The position numbers were made by a program, and so were the translations under genes. This document shows, piece after piece, positions 47,334 through 55,665 of a stretch of 64,000 nt of DNA. The DNA is from an uncultured archaeon (GTDB lineage Archaea > Asgardarchaeota > Thorarchaeia > Thorarchaeales > Thorarchaeaceae), in contig CAYWJO010000015.1 of assembly GCA_964458565.1 (NCBI GenBank), positions 1 to 64,000 of the forward strand. Reading direction: 5' to 3'. The notes under the pieces were generated by a model. It ran no database searches. It worked only from the letters and a program-made list of their open reading frames with translations, and had not been told where the DNA came from. The number at the start of each line of letters is the position of its first letter. Positions within the stretch are counted from its first letter, which is position 1.

Positions 47334-48608
47334 TTGATGGAATTTGATACGGACCTGCATATCCACTCATGCCATTCAATTGGTGTAAGTAAGAACATGA
47401 ACATTCCAAATCTCGAAAATGGTGCTGTCCAGAAAGGAATTAGATTGGTTGGAACAGGTGATGCTACTCAGCCTGATTGGTTGACCCATCTCAAAAGGAG
47501 CTTAAAGGAAAAAGATGGCGTTCTTGTGTATGAGAAGTGTGCATTTGTAATTACGGCAGAAGTCGAAGACCAAGACTCTATACATCATGTCATAATAATA
47601 CCAGATTTTGAGTCTGCAGATGAATTTCGAAAACTCTTGAAACCATACTCACCAAATATCGATGATGAATGGGGAGGAAGACCCAGAGTAAACACTTCCG
47701 CAGAACAGATAGCTGGATTTGTTAGAGAGATTGGGGGTCTAATTGGACCAGCTCATGCATTCACACCTTTCAAAGCGATTTTCCGAGAGAATAAATACAG
47801 CTCTCTTCAAGAATGCTACAAGAGTGAGGCAGGCAATATTCATTTCTTAGAACTAGGTCTCTCAGCTGATTCTGAAACTGCAGATGCAATTCCGGAACTT
47901 CATCGAGTTACATACATCAGCTCAAGCGATGCACATTCACCTACACCTGATAAACTTGGCAGAGAGTTTGTGAGATTTGCAATGGAGAAGCCAAATTTCG
48001 ATGAGTTAAAACTTGCGATATTGAGAAAGAGAGGTAGAAAACCTACATTGAATGTAGGATTCAATCCTAGACTTGGAAAATACTATCTATCATTTTGCTC
48101 ATCATGTCGTAGAACATTGATAATCCGTGAGGGAAACCAATCACCAGAATTTGATGAATTGAACATCTATATTTATTGTGGGAATACAGACGAAGAATTG
48201 AAGTTGTTGAAGTCGATCAATGAGCGTAAAGTGTATTGCCCAGCAGATGGAAAGAAGCTGCGACTTGGAGTGAGAGACAGAGCCTTCATGCTTGGAGATG
48301 GTAAGACAAATTCACCAAATCATAGACCGAAGTACATTCACATTCCACCTCTTCTTGATCTGATTACAACTGCACTCAAGGTTAAATCAGCGAAATCAAA
48401 GACAGCCATCAAGCTTTATGAAACATTACAGAAGAAATGTGGTGTGGAAACACAGATTTTAATCAATACCCCAATCAGCGAAATCCAGGATATCAATTCC
48501 AATCTTGCTAAGACAATAAAGTCGTATCGAAACGACGATGTTAGCTATATTGCAGGTGGTGGAGGACGATATGGACGTCTAATTGCACCTTGGGAGAGTG
48601 TTAGATAA
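47334..48608 (+). CDS. endoQ: Endonuclease Q family PHP-domain protein (TIGR00375-like)
   Basis: DLHIHS, GTGD, PAHAFTP, ELGLSAD, SDAHS, GREF, GKY, HRP.Y, GGGGRYG. Confidence 0.88.
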   Translation: MMEFDTDLHIHSCHSIGVSKNMNIPNLENGAVQKGIRLVGTGDATQPDWLTHLKRSLKEKDGVLVYEKCAFVITAEVEDQDSIHHVIIIPDFESADEFRKLLKPYSPNIDDEWGGRPRVNTSAEQIAGFVREIGGLIGPAHAFTPFKAIFRENKYSSLQECYKSEAGNIHFLELGLSADSETADAIPELHRVTYISSSDAHSPTPDKLGREFVRFAMEKPNFDELKLAILRKRGRKPTLNVGFNPRLGKYYLSFCSSCRRTLIIREGNQSPEFDELNIYIYCGNTDEELKLLKSINERKVYCPADGKKLRLGVRDRAFMLGDGKTNSPNHRPKYIHIPPLLDLITTALKVKSAKSKTAIKLYETLQKKCGVETQILINTPISEIQDINSNLAKTIKSYRNDDVSYIAGGGGRYGRLIAPWESVR

Positions 48609-48637
48609 TAGCGGTTGTTAAGGGAATCATTAGAGAA

Positions 48638-48925
48638 GTGGGAAGAAGTAAGACAACTAGAATCAGTGCGCGGCGTTGGTATGGCTCAACATCAATTGTT
48701 ATTCAAGATGAAAAAACAGGACAAACATATCAGGTCAATCTTTCTGCAAATGTAATGGACAAGTACAAATTCCTCCCACGAGTTGGAATGCCCGTTATTG
48801 TTCATGGATATGTTGAAGAAGCAGAATTTGGTTTGTCGGATTTTATTGTTAGTAGAGTCACAGAGATTCGTCGTAATCTACCAGATCATGGCGCAAAGAG
48901 AATCATCAACTTAGACGAGGATTAA
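48638..48925 (+). CDS. Small OB-fold-like protein
   Basis: Beta-rich: IVIQDEKTG...PRVGMPVIVHGYV...V.EI. Confidence 0.55.
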   Translation: MGRSKTTRISARRWYGSTSIVIQDEKTGQTYQVNLSANVMDKYKFLPRVGMPVIVHGYVEEAEFGLSDFIVSRVTEIRRNLPDHGAKRIINLDED

Positions 48926-48927
48926 AA

Positions 48928-49230
48928 TTACTTCTTTCGTGCACGAATCATGAATGCGGGTGCTATAAGACGTTCGGATTTACACTTTGGGCAACGAGAA
49001 GGGCGTTTCGCAGTATCTCGTGATTTGAAGAGAAAGTCGCATTTAGTACATTGAGCAGGATGCATGATAAGTTCCTTCTTCTGAGACCTGACAGTTTTTG
49101 AAATATGACCGAGATCCTCGATGACAATGGATTCTTTCTTAATATCAAGGATATCACAGATTTCTTTTGGACTCAGGGGGTATTCTGTGTGTTCCAGAAG
49201 CTCAATGATACGTTCTCTTCGTGTTTTCAA
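48928..49230 (-). CDS. Archaeal transcriptional regulator, wHTH plus Zn ribbon (COG3357-like)
   Basis: TRRERIIELL, EDL.HI.KT, PAQC..C.F.F, PSRCPKCKSE. Confidence 0.9.
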   Translation of the reverse strand: MKTRRERIIELLEHTEYPLSPKEICDILDIKKESIVIEDLGHISKTVRSQKKELIMHPAQCTKCDFLFKSRDTAKRPSRCPKCKSERLIAPAFMIRARKK

Positions 49231-49356
49231 TAGATTACACCATCTCGGATTTCACGAGCTTAAGAGAAATAGGCGAGAGTAATCAATCTTCTTACATCGA
49301 GTTGTCTTTATACGTTGAGTGAGTACTAGAATAACAGATGGAGTGAAGGATTCAAT

Positions 49357-50607
49357 ATGCCACAAACACACCTAGAACCATTAAAGAAGCAATCATCATA
49401 CGATGAGAGATTGTGTTCTAGATGTATGGGACATCGCTTCCTATGTGGAGTAAGACCATGTCCTTTATTGATGAGGGCTAAAGCTCTGGCGAATATTGAT
49501 GGTTCAGTGAAAGGATTATCTCTATACGGTGCATCTCCACCATCAGTCTTTGTAGGGAGCTTTGGATATCCAAAGGTATTAGCAGGCCCATTACTGCCAC
49601 CTACACGTGGTGAAGACTCTGCACTGATGGAACGTCCAGATCTTTGGCTAGAACGATCAATAGATGAGATTCTAGGGATTAGATTCAGTTTAGTACGAAC
49701 CAAGAAATTTCTCCCTGTAGATGCAGCGATTGATCCACCTAGAACACTTTATGAAACACAGATGCTTGCCTTATCTGAAACCCCCACTGATTCTGAAGCA
49801 ACTCTGTTGAAACGCCCTCAATTCACTAGAGTATTCTCACAGGGTACCCTTCCTATTGGTCCTTCAGCTCCGCTGAGTCTATTCAAGTTGGATAGTGATC
49901 CGAAAGTACCCAAAATAGTTGATAGAATCACTTCAGATATTGACTATAAAGCAGCTCCAGGTATATTGGATATGTTTCAGAAGGGAATAAGACAGGAACA
50001 TATCACTAGACTTCTATCAATAGGAATCCTTGGTCAGAAGAAATCAAGAAAGCTCGTTCCAACACAATGGAGTATCACAGCTGTTGATGATGTAGTAGGA
50101 AAAGAACTTCATAAACAGGTTCTGCGATTACCCTGGATTAATGATTATCGTGTAGCATTCGATCATGCATTAGGAAATACTGTAATCATTCTTTTTCTGC
50201 CCAGCGTCTGGCAATTCGAAGGTCTTGAATGCTGGCTTGGAGGTCTTTCACCAACTGTTTTCACAGACCATGAATGGTTCAAGGGAAGGAAGGACTATGC
50301 CACTTCGATACAAGGTGCATATTATGCAACAAAACTTCCTGTACTTGAGTTTCTGACAAAAATACGAAAACAAGCTGGTGTTATGGTATTCATGGAGGTT
50401 GACCCACAACGATGGGTACCTCTGGGTGTCTGGAGATTTAGAGAGATTGCAAGGAGAGCTTTGCAAAAAGAGATTGTAAAGTTCACATCACTCGACGAAG
50501 CTCTCAAAGCTGTAAATTCACATCTACGAAATCCAGTTGAGAATTATTTGAAAGTGAGTCAGGTTTTCAAGGAATTTACTACACAAACAAGACTTACCGA
50601 TTTCTAA
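49357..50607 (+). CDS. nreA: Nre family DNA repair protein (DUF650/DUF651) with C-terminal PIP box
   Basis: C..C.G.R.LCG...CP, SPPSVFVG.FGYPKV, LVPT.WSITAVDD, GAYYA, VPLGVW..RE and C-terminal QTRLTDF. Confidence 0.93.
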   Translation: MPQTHLEPLKKQSSYDERLCSRCMGHRFLCGVRPCPLLMRAKALANIDGSVKGLSLYGASPPSVFVGSFGYPKVLAGPLLPPTRGEDSALMERPDLWLERSIDEILGIRFSLVRTKKFLPVDAAIDPPRTLYETQMLALSETPTDSEATLLKRPQFTRVFSQGTLPIGPSAPLSLFKLDSDPKVPKIVDRITSDIDYKAAPGILDMFQKGIRQEHITRLLSIGILGQKKSRKLVPTQWSITAVDDVVGKELHKQVLRLPWINDYRVAFDHALGNTVIILFLPSVWQFEGLECWLGGLSPTVFTDHEWFKGRKDYATSIQGAYYATKLPVLEFLTKIRKQAGVMVFMEVDPQRWVPLGVWRFREIARRALQKEIVKFTSLDEALKAVNSHLRNPVENYLKVSQVFKEFTTQTRLTDF

Positions 50608-50631
50608 CGGGGCATTTAAGAGATACCTGGT

Positions 50632-52176
50632 TTGATAATCTGTAGAGGCTTTGTGATGTTCTACGAAGGTCTATGTAATGCAGGAAAGAGGATTCCCCCA
50701 TTTTCCTACTTAGCATCGCATAGGTCCAATACAGAACTCGAGAAATCAATACGATTTCTTTCACCCATAATGAGTGTTGATCAGCAGGGAATTTATTCAA
50801 CTGCATACTTGATGGCATTCTTTGCCCTTTTATGCTCAATGCCTTTATTCATCATTCTAAACTTGACTCTCATAATCGGAATTCCTGTTGTTTTCGGAAT
50901 CACCATACTCACATACTATGTAATAGTATCATATCCAGTCAACATGATGAACTCATTCAAAATTACATTGTCAGAGGAATCGGACCTTATTTTTGAACAG
51001 TTTATCTTAGTATTTCACTCAGGTGGTTCGATATTTGATGCAATTGAAATGATTGCAGAATCAGATCATCCATATCTCTCTAAAGCATTTCAGAAGATGA
51101 TTGCCGATATAGAGAAAGGAATTCCACCAGAAACATGTCTTTCAGATTTTGCTAAGAATCAGCCTTCTGAAGATCTTAGGAGATATTTCACAGGTGTTCT
51201 AACAGCAATGGAAAGAAGAAGTGAATTACTCGATCTACTCTCTGGAGAGTCATTTGAGGCAGATTTAGCACTCAGACAAAAAAATCTGGAGTTAGAAAGC
51301 AGACTATTGATTGTAACAGCTCTGTCTACTTACATTCCCATAATTATGACTTTAGCGATTGCACTAAGTGGTATGGCAACAAATCCAATTATTCTACTTT
51401 TCCTTCCGTTCTTTATTCTTTTGGGTCTCCTCATGAGCAGAAGATTTGCACATCAATTCTCAGCTTATTTTGATAGACCGAGAGAAACTGCAATTGCTGG
51501 CCCAACGCAGAAAGAAATCATTGCAGAATATGATGAATTCCTTAACTTCCTGATGGCGATTGGTGAAAGGCTACGTCTGGGAGACACATTAGAAGTTGCG
51601 CTCTCAGAGGTCAGAGATGACATGGCGGTTGAGGTTCAGAGATTGATTGACCCTGCAATCGATGCCATCTATACTAAGGAACAGAGCCTACAAGAGGCCA
51701 TGGAGAGAGCCGCATCTCAGGCACTAGGCCAACGTGTTTCTCACATGTTCAAGGTAATCACTCTAATGGTCGAATCTTCAGCTGTAGAAGCGGGTGCAAG
51801 ACTAACAAAGATTGCAGGTCGCTTAGTGAAAAGGTCAGCTGTCGTAAAGGAGCGCGATTCAATCATTGCTGCACAGAAATTGAAGGTATATATCCTCGTG
51901 ATTACAAGCTCTCTCGTCCTTGGTTTGATGGCATCATTAGCACCATTTCTTGGGATATCTAACTTGTTCAATGAAGGGACATTTCAACCTGGAAATCTAT
52001 CCATAATTGATATAGCACCATTGCTTGTCACTCTCCTTATAACTAGTGGATCAAATGGATATCAAAACACAAGAATGGTTGGAGGAAAACGACCAATCGT
52101 AATGGCATTTGTTTGTGTTCTACTCTTCTGGGTGGCTTTCGCGCTTGCTTCATCAGGGCTAGGAATTCTAGAGTAG
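50632..52176 (+). CDS. Type II secretion F / TadC-FlaJ-like pilus platform protein (two T2SSF domains)
   Basis: Repeated helical domains (FHSGGSIFDAIEMIA...LSKAFQKMIADIEKGIP; LRLGDTLEVALSEV), each followed by TM helices. Confidence 0.75.
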   Translation: MIICRGFVMFYEGLCNAGKRIPPFSYLASHRSNTELEKSIRFLSPIMSVDQQGIYSTAYLMAFFALLCSMPLFIILNLTLIIGIPVVFGITILTYYVIVSYPVNMMNSFKITLSEESDLIFEQFILVFHSGGSIFDAIEMIAESDHPYLSKAFQKMIADIEKGIPPETCLSDFAKNQPSEDLRRYFTGVLTAMERRSELLDLLSGESFEADLALRQKNLELESRLLIVTALSTYIPIIMTLAIALSGMATNPIILLFLPFFILLGLLMSRRFAHQFSAYFDRPRETAIAGPTQKEIIAEYDEFLNFLMAIGERLRLGDTLEVALSEVRDDMAVEVQRLIDPAIDAIYTKEQSLQEAMERAASQALGQRVSHMFKVITLMVESSAVEAGARLTKIAGRLVKRSAVVKERDSIIAAQKLKVYILVITSSLVLGLMASLAPFLGISNLFNEGTFQPGNLSIIDIAPLLVTLLITSGSNGYQNTRMVGGKRPIVMAFVCVLLFWVAFALASSGLGILE

Positions 52177-52261
52177 CTCTGTGAGAGATGCATAGCGAAA
52201 TCTTATAGGGAACGACATATCTTTTGATTTAGATAGATATTGTCCACGGAGGTATAATAGC

Positions 52262-52993
52262 GTGCAAGGACTTGGCATCCTCGACTGGAATTTTAACACG
52301 ATAATGGACTTCTTCACTAATCCAACTGTAATAGGAATTGTAATGCTGCTTACAGGCATTGTTGCGGCCGCTTGGCTCTTAGAGAGAATTGTAGATCCAA
52401 TTCCTATTATAGGAGATTTACTGAAGTGGATCATCCATTTTGGAACATACTTCGGATTCATAATAGGCATATTGGATATGCTTGTTGGATATGTTGTCTA
52501 TGTCAAATATGTTGCAATAGCAGCTGAAACTACCATAGCAATGGTTGTTGCTATATTGTTCATCATTGCGGGATTTGCATTGGTTATGAGAGTCCTATCG
52601 AAGTTTCCAATGGCGCTGCTCTTCTCCTTAGCAATTGCGGCATTTGGAGTCTTCACATTGTATGGATTTCTCCAACCAATCATTGAGAATTGGTCAGTTC
52701 CACCAATACCAGGTGCAGATTTTGCCTATGATGCGCTCAACTTCCTCACATCACTCAAAGGGATGCTGATAGTTGGTGGCATCATATTCGTTTTCATGTA
52801 TGTGATTAGCGGTTTGATTATGAAGCTCATTGAGCTAATTGGAAAGTTCTTTTCATGGACTCCAATAAGTGTAATAATCGGCCTGGTGTGTATTGCTGTA
52901 GGAGTGATTATCTTAGTCATTCCAAATGTACTGGGACTACCGCTGCCTACTGAATGGACGCAATATATCCAAGACTATCTGACTAGTCCATAG
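52262..52993 (+). CDS. Multi-pass hypothetical membrane protein
   Basis: About 6-7 hydrophobic helices; GGAGGT SD. Confidence 0.8.
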   Translation: MQGLGILDWNFNTIMDFFTNPTVIGIVMLLTGIVAAAWLLERIVDPIPIIGDLLKWIIHFGTYFGFIIGILDMLVGYVVYVKYVAIAAETTIAMVVAILFIIAGFALVMRVLSKFPMALLFSLAIAAFGVFTLYGFLQPIIENWSVPPIPGADFAYDALNFLTSLKGMLIVGGIIFVFMYVISGLIMKLIELIGKFFSWTPISVIIGLVCIAVGVIILVIPNVLGLPLPTEWTQYIQDYLTSP

Positions 52994-52995
52994 AT

Positions 52996-53037
52996 GAGGG
53001 GCGTTCAACCCCCTCCCCTCTTTCTTTTTATTTATTT
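52996..53037 (+). terminator. Hairpin plus pyrimidine tract terminator
   Basis: GAGGGG-CGTTCAAC-CCCCTC followed by CCCTCTTTCTTTTTATTT. Confidence 0.6.
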
Positions 53038-53307
53038 TCAGTCTGTGAGCGGTTGTCTTAGTTCTCTAAAGAACAAAAATTGGATTTTTAATTCGCTATA
53101 GAATTTCGCAGCTTCCAGTATCGCATCTTTCGCCTGAATCATCTGATCGTACCAAATAGACACAAAGAAATGGCTTCCTTCGTAATCTGTGATTTCAGGT
53201 TTCATAGTAAATCCGTCAGGTAACTCTGTCCCGATTGGAATGAGCATAGCTACTCTGTAGGGACCACCACTACCACGCATTTCAAGCCACATTTCGACAT
53301 AAGACAT
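53038..53307 (-). CDS. Small hypothetical protein
   Basis: 89-aa ORF with ATG start and an upstream TATA-like box. Confidence 0.65.
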   Translation of the reverse strand: MSYVEMWLEMRGSGGPYRVAMLIPIGTELPDGFTMKPEITDYEGSHFFVSIWYDQMIQAKDAILEAAKFYSELKIQFLFFRELRQPLTD

Positions 53308-53474
53308 GATGTTCCTGATTCAGAAAGATGCAGCCTTGATTAATTTATGTGAGCTGAACAGATGGAACTTAATGTTGAAGATGATGTAATATATGATAAA
53401 TAATGATGTTAACCCCAGTATTCATATACTATGATTACATTGGAGCTAATGTGTTTACGTATTACTAGATATTG

Positions 53475-53497
53475 TATTTTATTAGCTGAAATACATC
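53475..53497. promoter_or_regulatory. Inverted repeat TGTATTT-N9-AAATACA immediately upstream of an RHH regulator (candidate operator)
   Basis: Palindromic arms overlap the TATA/TSS region of gene 53499. Confidence 0.3.
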
Positions 53498-53498
53498 T

Positions 53499-54200
53499 AT
53501 GGAGGAGAACCATGTGCCAAAAAGCGAAGACAATAAAAAAACTCGAGAAGAATTGTTAAGATTAATCCCTAATGAAGTGAAAAATGCGCTTCCGGATGGA
53601 ACTCTAGAATCAATGGACAGAAGCGGACTTGAGAAGTTATGGTTGTCAACCAAGAAGCAAATAATCAGCATAACCATGACCAAGAACATCATTGATCGAG
53701 TTGATGTTCTAGTTAGTGAAGGACGCGCAGGTAGATCACGAGCACAAATCATTGAAGATGCAGTGAAATGGTTCCTAGATTTTACAGTCCATGGTTGGTC
53801 TGAACGCGGGATTTTCTTCCAGGAGTTCAGATTTGCATTTGAATCAGAGAGTCTGACATCTCTATTCTTTTCTCAACTAACACCTACCGAGCAATACGAA
53901 TTAGGAGTCACAGCAGGCAGTCAAGCACCCCTTTCGGATATCATAACACTATATTATAACGACGAAATCAGAACCAGAAAGGGAAAAATTGACATGGAAA
54001 GACAAATCAGTTTCTCATTGGAAATGTTACAGATCCATGGATGGGGTTCAATGAGAAAACAAGGAGATTTAGTGATTATCTCCAATCCATTCTTCCCAGG
54101 ACCGTTCATAAGAGGCTATCTAGAATCATTTTTAGGATTGAAACTTGAACCTGTGGAAACCAAAGTACAAGAGAATATTGCTCTTAGAATTCATGCTTAA
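53499..54200 (+). CDS. Ribbon-helix-helix (CopG/NikR-like) regulator fused to a V4R/TRAPP-like domain
   Basis: RHH pattern IISITMTKNIIDRVDVLV....SRAQIIEDAV. The C-terminal half has YELG..AG, HGWG and FIRGYLESFLG. Confidence 0.7.
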   Translation: MEENHVPKSEDNKKTREELLRLIPNEVKNALPDGTLESMDRSGLEKLWLSTKKQIISITMTKNIIDRVDVLVSEGRAGRSRAQIIEDAVKWFLDFTVHGWSERGIFFQEFRFAFESESLTSLFFSQLTPTEQYELGVTAGSQAPLSDIITLYYNDEIRTRKGKIDMERQISFSLEMLQIHGWGSMRKQGDLVIISNPFFPGPFIRGYLESFLGLKLEPVETKVQENIALRIHA

Positions 54201-54210
54201 TAGAATACGA

Positions 54211-54645
54211 CTACCACTGAATACCAATTTCTAGAATCTCAAATTCGCTTTTATATAGCCCAGGGATACTTTCAATTGTTTTCCGTATATCTTCCTCTTT
54301 AGCTCTGATACCATCAGCTGCAAAATATACCTCGTAGATGCACCGCTTGTCTTCAAAACAAAATCCAGTTGTAAAAAGAACCTTCAAATCTTGTTGCTTA
54401 AAGAGTTGGGTCATAGTTTTCATTAAAGCAGGGTTCACTTTCTCAACCTCTAGACGTACACGAGCTCCGCCTTCCTTCATCATCGGAATTAATCTGATTT
54501 CTCCAGATCGCTCAAAATAGATTACCATTGCAGCCTTCATTCCCTCAAGTTCTGGATTCTTGAAGAAATCTTCAGGAATTCGTATTGTCTGGTTCTTGTG
54601 CACATCAGCTATCATGCCTTTGGTTAACCCGGCCACGCCTAACAC
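54211..54645 (-). CDS. AbrB-like / ACT-like two-domain regulator
   Basis: ADVHKNQTIRIPE (AbrB-like), then a beta-alpha-beta-beta-alpha-beta pattern ending in IESIPGLY. Confidence 0.55.
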   Translation of the reverse strand: MLGVAGLTKGMIADVHKNQTIRIPEDFFKNPELEGMKAAMVIYFERSGEIRLIPMMKEGGARVRLEVEKVNPALMKTMTQLFKQQDLKVLFTTGFCFEDKRCIYEVYFAADGIRAKEEDIRKTIESIPGLYKSEFEILEIGIQW

Positions 54646-54820
54646 CTCATTCTTGGCATTTCCTTAACACTATTTGGTGCACATGGGTGTATATTTATCT
54701 TCGCACCAAACCATTCTTAGTTATAACAGACTCACATATATCATTTAGCAGTATCAAGTCCGATAAGTAAAAAAGCATAAAACCATCCCATTCTTCGGAA
54801 TTAAAGTGAAGGTGAACTGA

Positions 54821-54943
54821 ATGGCAATTGAAGGTGGAATCTATGTTTGTGATATCTGTGGTCAGGTTATCGAAGTAAAGAAGTCAGGACCAGGAACTCT
54901 TGTTTGTTGCAATGAACCTATGAGATTTTACAAAGAGGAATGA
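54821..54943 (+). CDS. Desulforedoxin (stand-alone Fe(Cys)4 domain, 40 aa)
   Basis: MAIEGGIYVCDICGQVIEVKKSGPGTLVCCNEPM matches YxCxxCG..V...G.G.LVCC..PM. AGGTGA SD; missed by the ORF track. Confidence 0.9.
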   Translation: MAIEGGIYVCDICGQVIEVKKSGPGTLVCCNEPMRFYKEE

Positions 54944-54962
54944 ATCAACAATTCATCGCCTC

Positions 54963-54995
54963 TTGACAATCTTTATATTCTTACAGTAGACGCCC
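54963..54995 (+). promoter_or_regulatory. Promoter of Rpb5 paralogue 1 (duplicated at 55608-55640)
   Basis: TTGACAATCTTTATATTCTTACAGTAGACGCCC versus TTGACAAATCTTATATGTTAGACAAGAGACCC; both contain a TTATAT box. Confidence 0.6.
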
Positions 54996-55024
54996 GACTT
55001 CATTTGGTCTGGAGCGATTTAATA

Positions 55025-55585
55025 ATGGTAGAACTACCTAGCATAGTGATAAAAACAAGAGAGCTGCTCTCATTACGTTCCTATAGAGTTTCAGAGTTGC
55101 TCGAGTATGAAAATCGATATGTTATGTATCCGATAAGAGACAAGGGGGACGAATTGCTCAAGAAGACAGTGTGGATCTTCAAAGAACCGAAAGTGGTTGG
55201 AATAGCTGTTGTAAAGGACATCCTTGGTGATATGGAAGAGAATGAATCCTATGATGCAATGCTTGTTGGAGGAACTAGATTTACACCTGCGGCTAAGAAA
55301 TTTGCCAAACAGGCAAGAGTTGAACTAGTAACTGGACAATACGCATCATTTGATCTATTTGGCCACCAACTTGTACCACAGCACCTTATTACCGATGACT
55401 CTGAAATTAAGCTTATACTCAATCACTACGGTATACAAAAATCACAATTACCTCGTATCTCTCGAGATGATCCAGCTGCCAAGGCTGTTGGTGCACGTAG
55501 AGGACAAGTTATTCGTATTGAGAGAGATAGCCCAACAGCAGGGATGGTTTACTACTACCGAATAGTGACAGATTTAGCTAGATAG
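55025..55585 (+). CDS. rpoH: RNA polymerase subunit Rpo5/RpoH, eukaryote-like two-domain Rpb5, copy 1
   Basis: C-terminal RpoH domain (HQLVPQH, LPRISRDDP, GQVIRIERDSPTAG..YYYRIV) plus an N-terminal jaw-like domain (LRSY.V, EPKVVGI, FTPAAK). Confidence 0.92.
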   Translation: MVELPSIVIKTRELLSLRSYRVSELLEYENRYVMYPIRDKGDELLKKTVWIFKEPKVVGIAVVKDILGDMEENESYDAMLVGGTRFTPAAKKFAKQARVELVTGQYASFDLFGHQLVPQHLITDDSEIKLILNHYGIQKSQLPRISRDDPAAKAVGARRGQVIRIERDSPTAGMVYYYRIVTDLAR

Positions 55586-55607
55586 ATAGAGCAGATTCAG
55601 GCTCTAT
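55586..55607 (+). terminator. Hairpin between the two Rpb5 genes
   Basis: ATAGAGC-AGATTCAG-GCTCTAT. Confidence 0.4.
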
Positions 55608-55665
55608 TTGACAAATCTTATATGTTAGACAAGAGACCCTTGTTTGAACGCTGGGTGTCTTTAAC

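Noticed and set aside
3273-53393. Shared 13-mer ATGATGTAATATA at 3273 and 53381
   Set aside because: AT-rich; a few such matches are expected by chance among intergenic regions.
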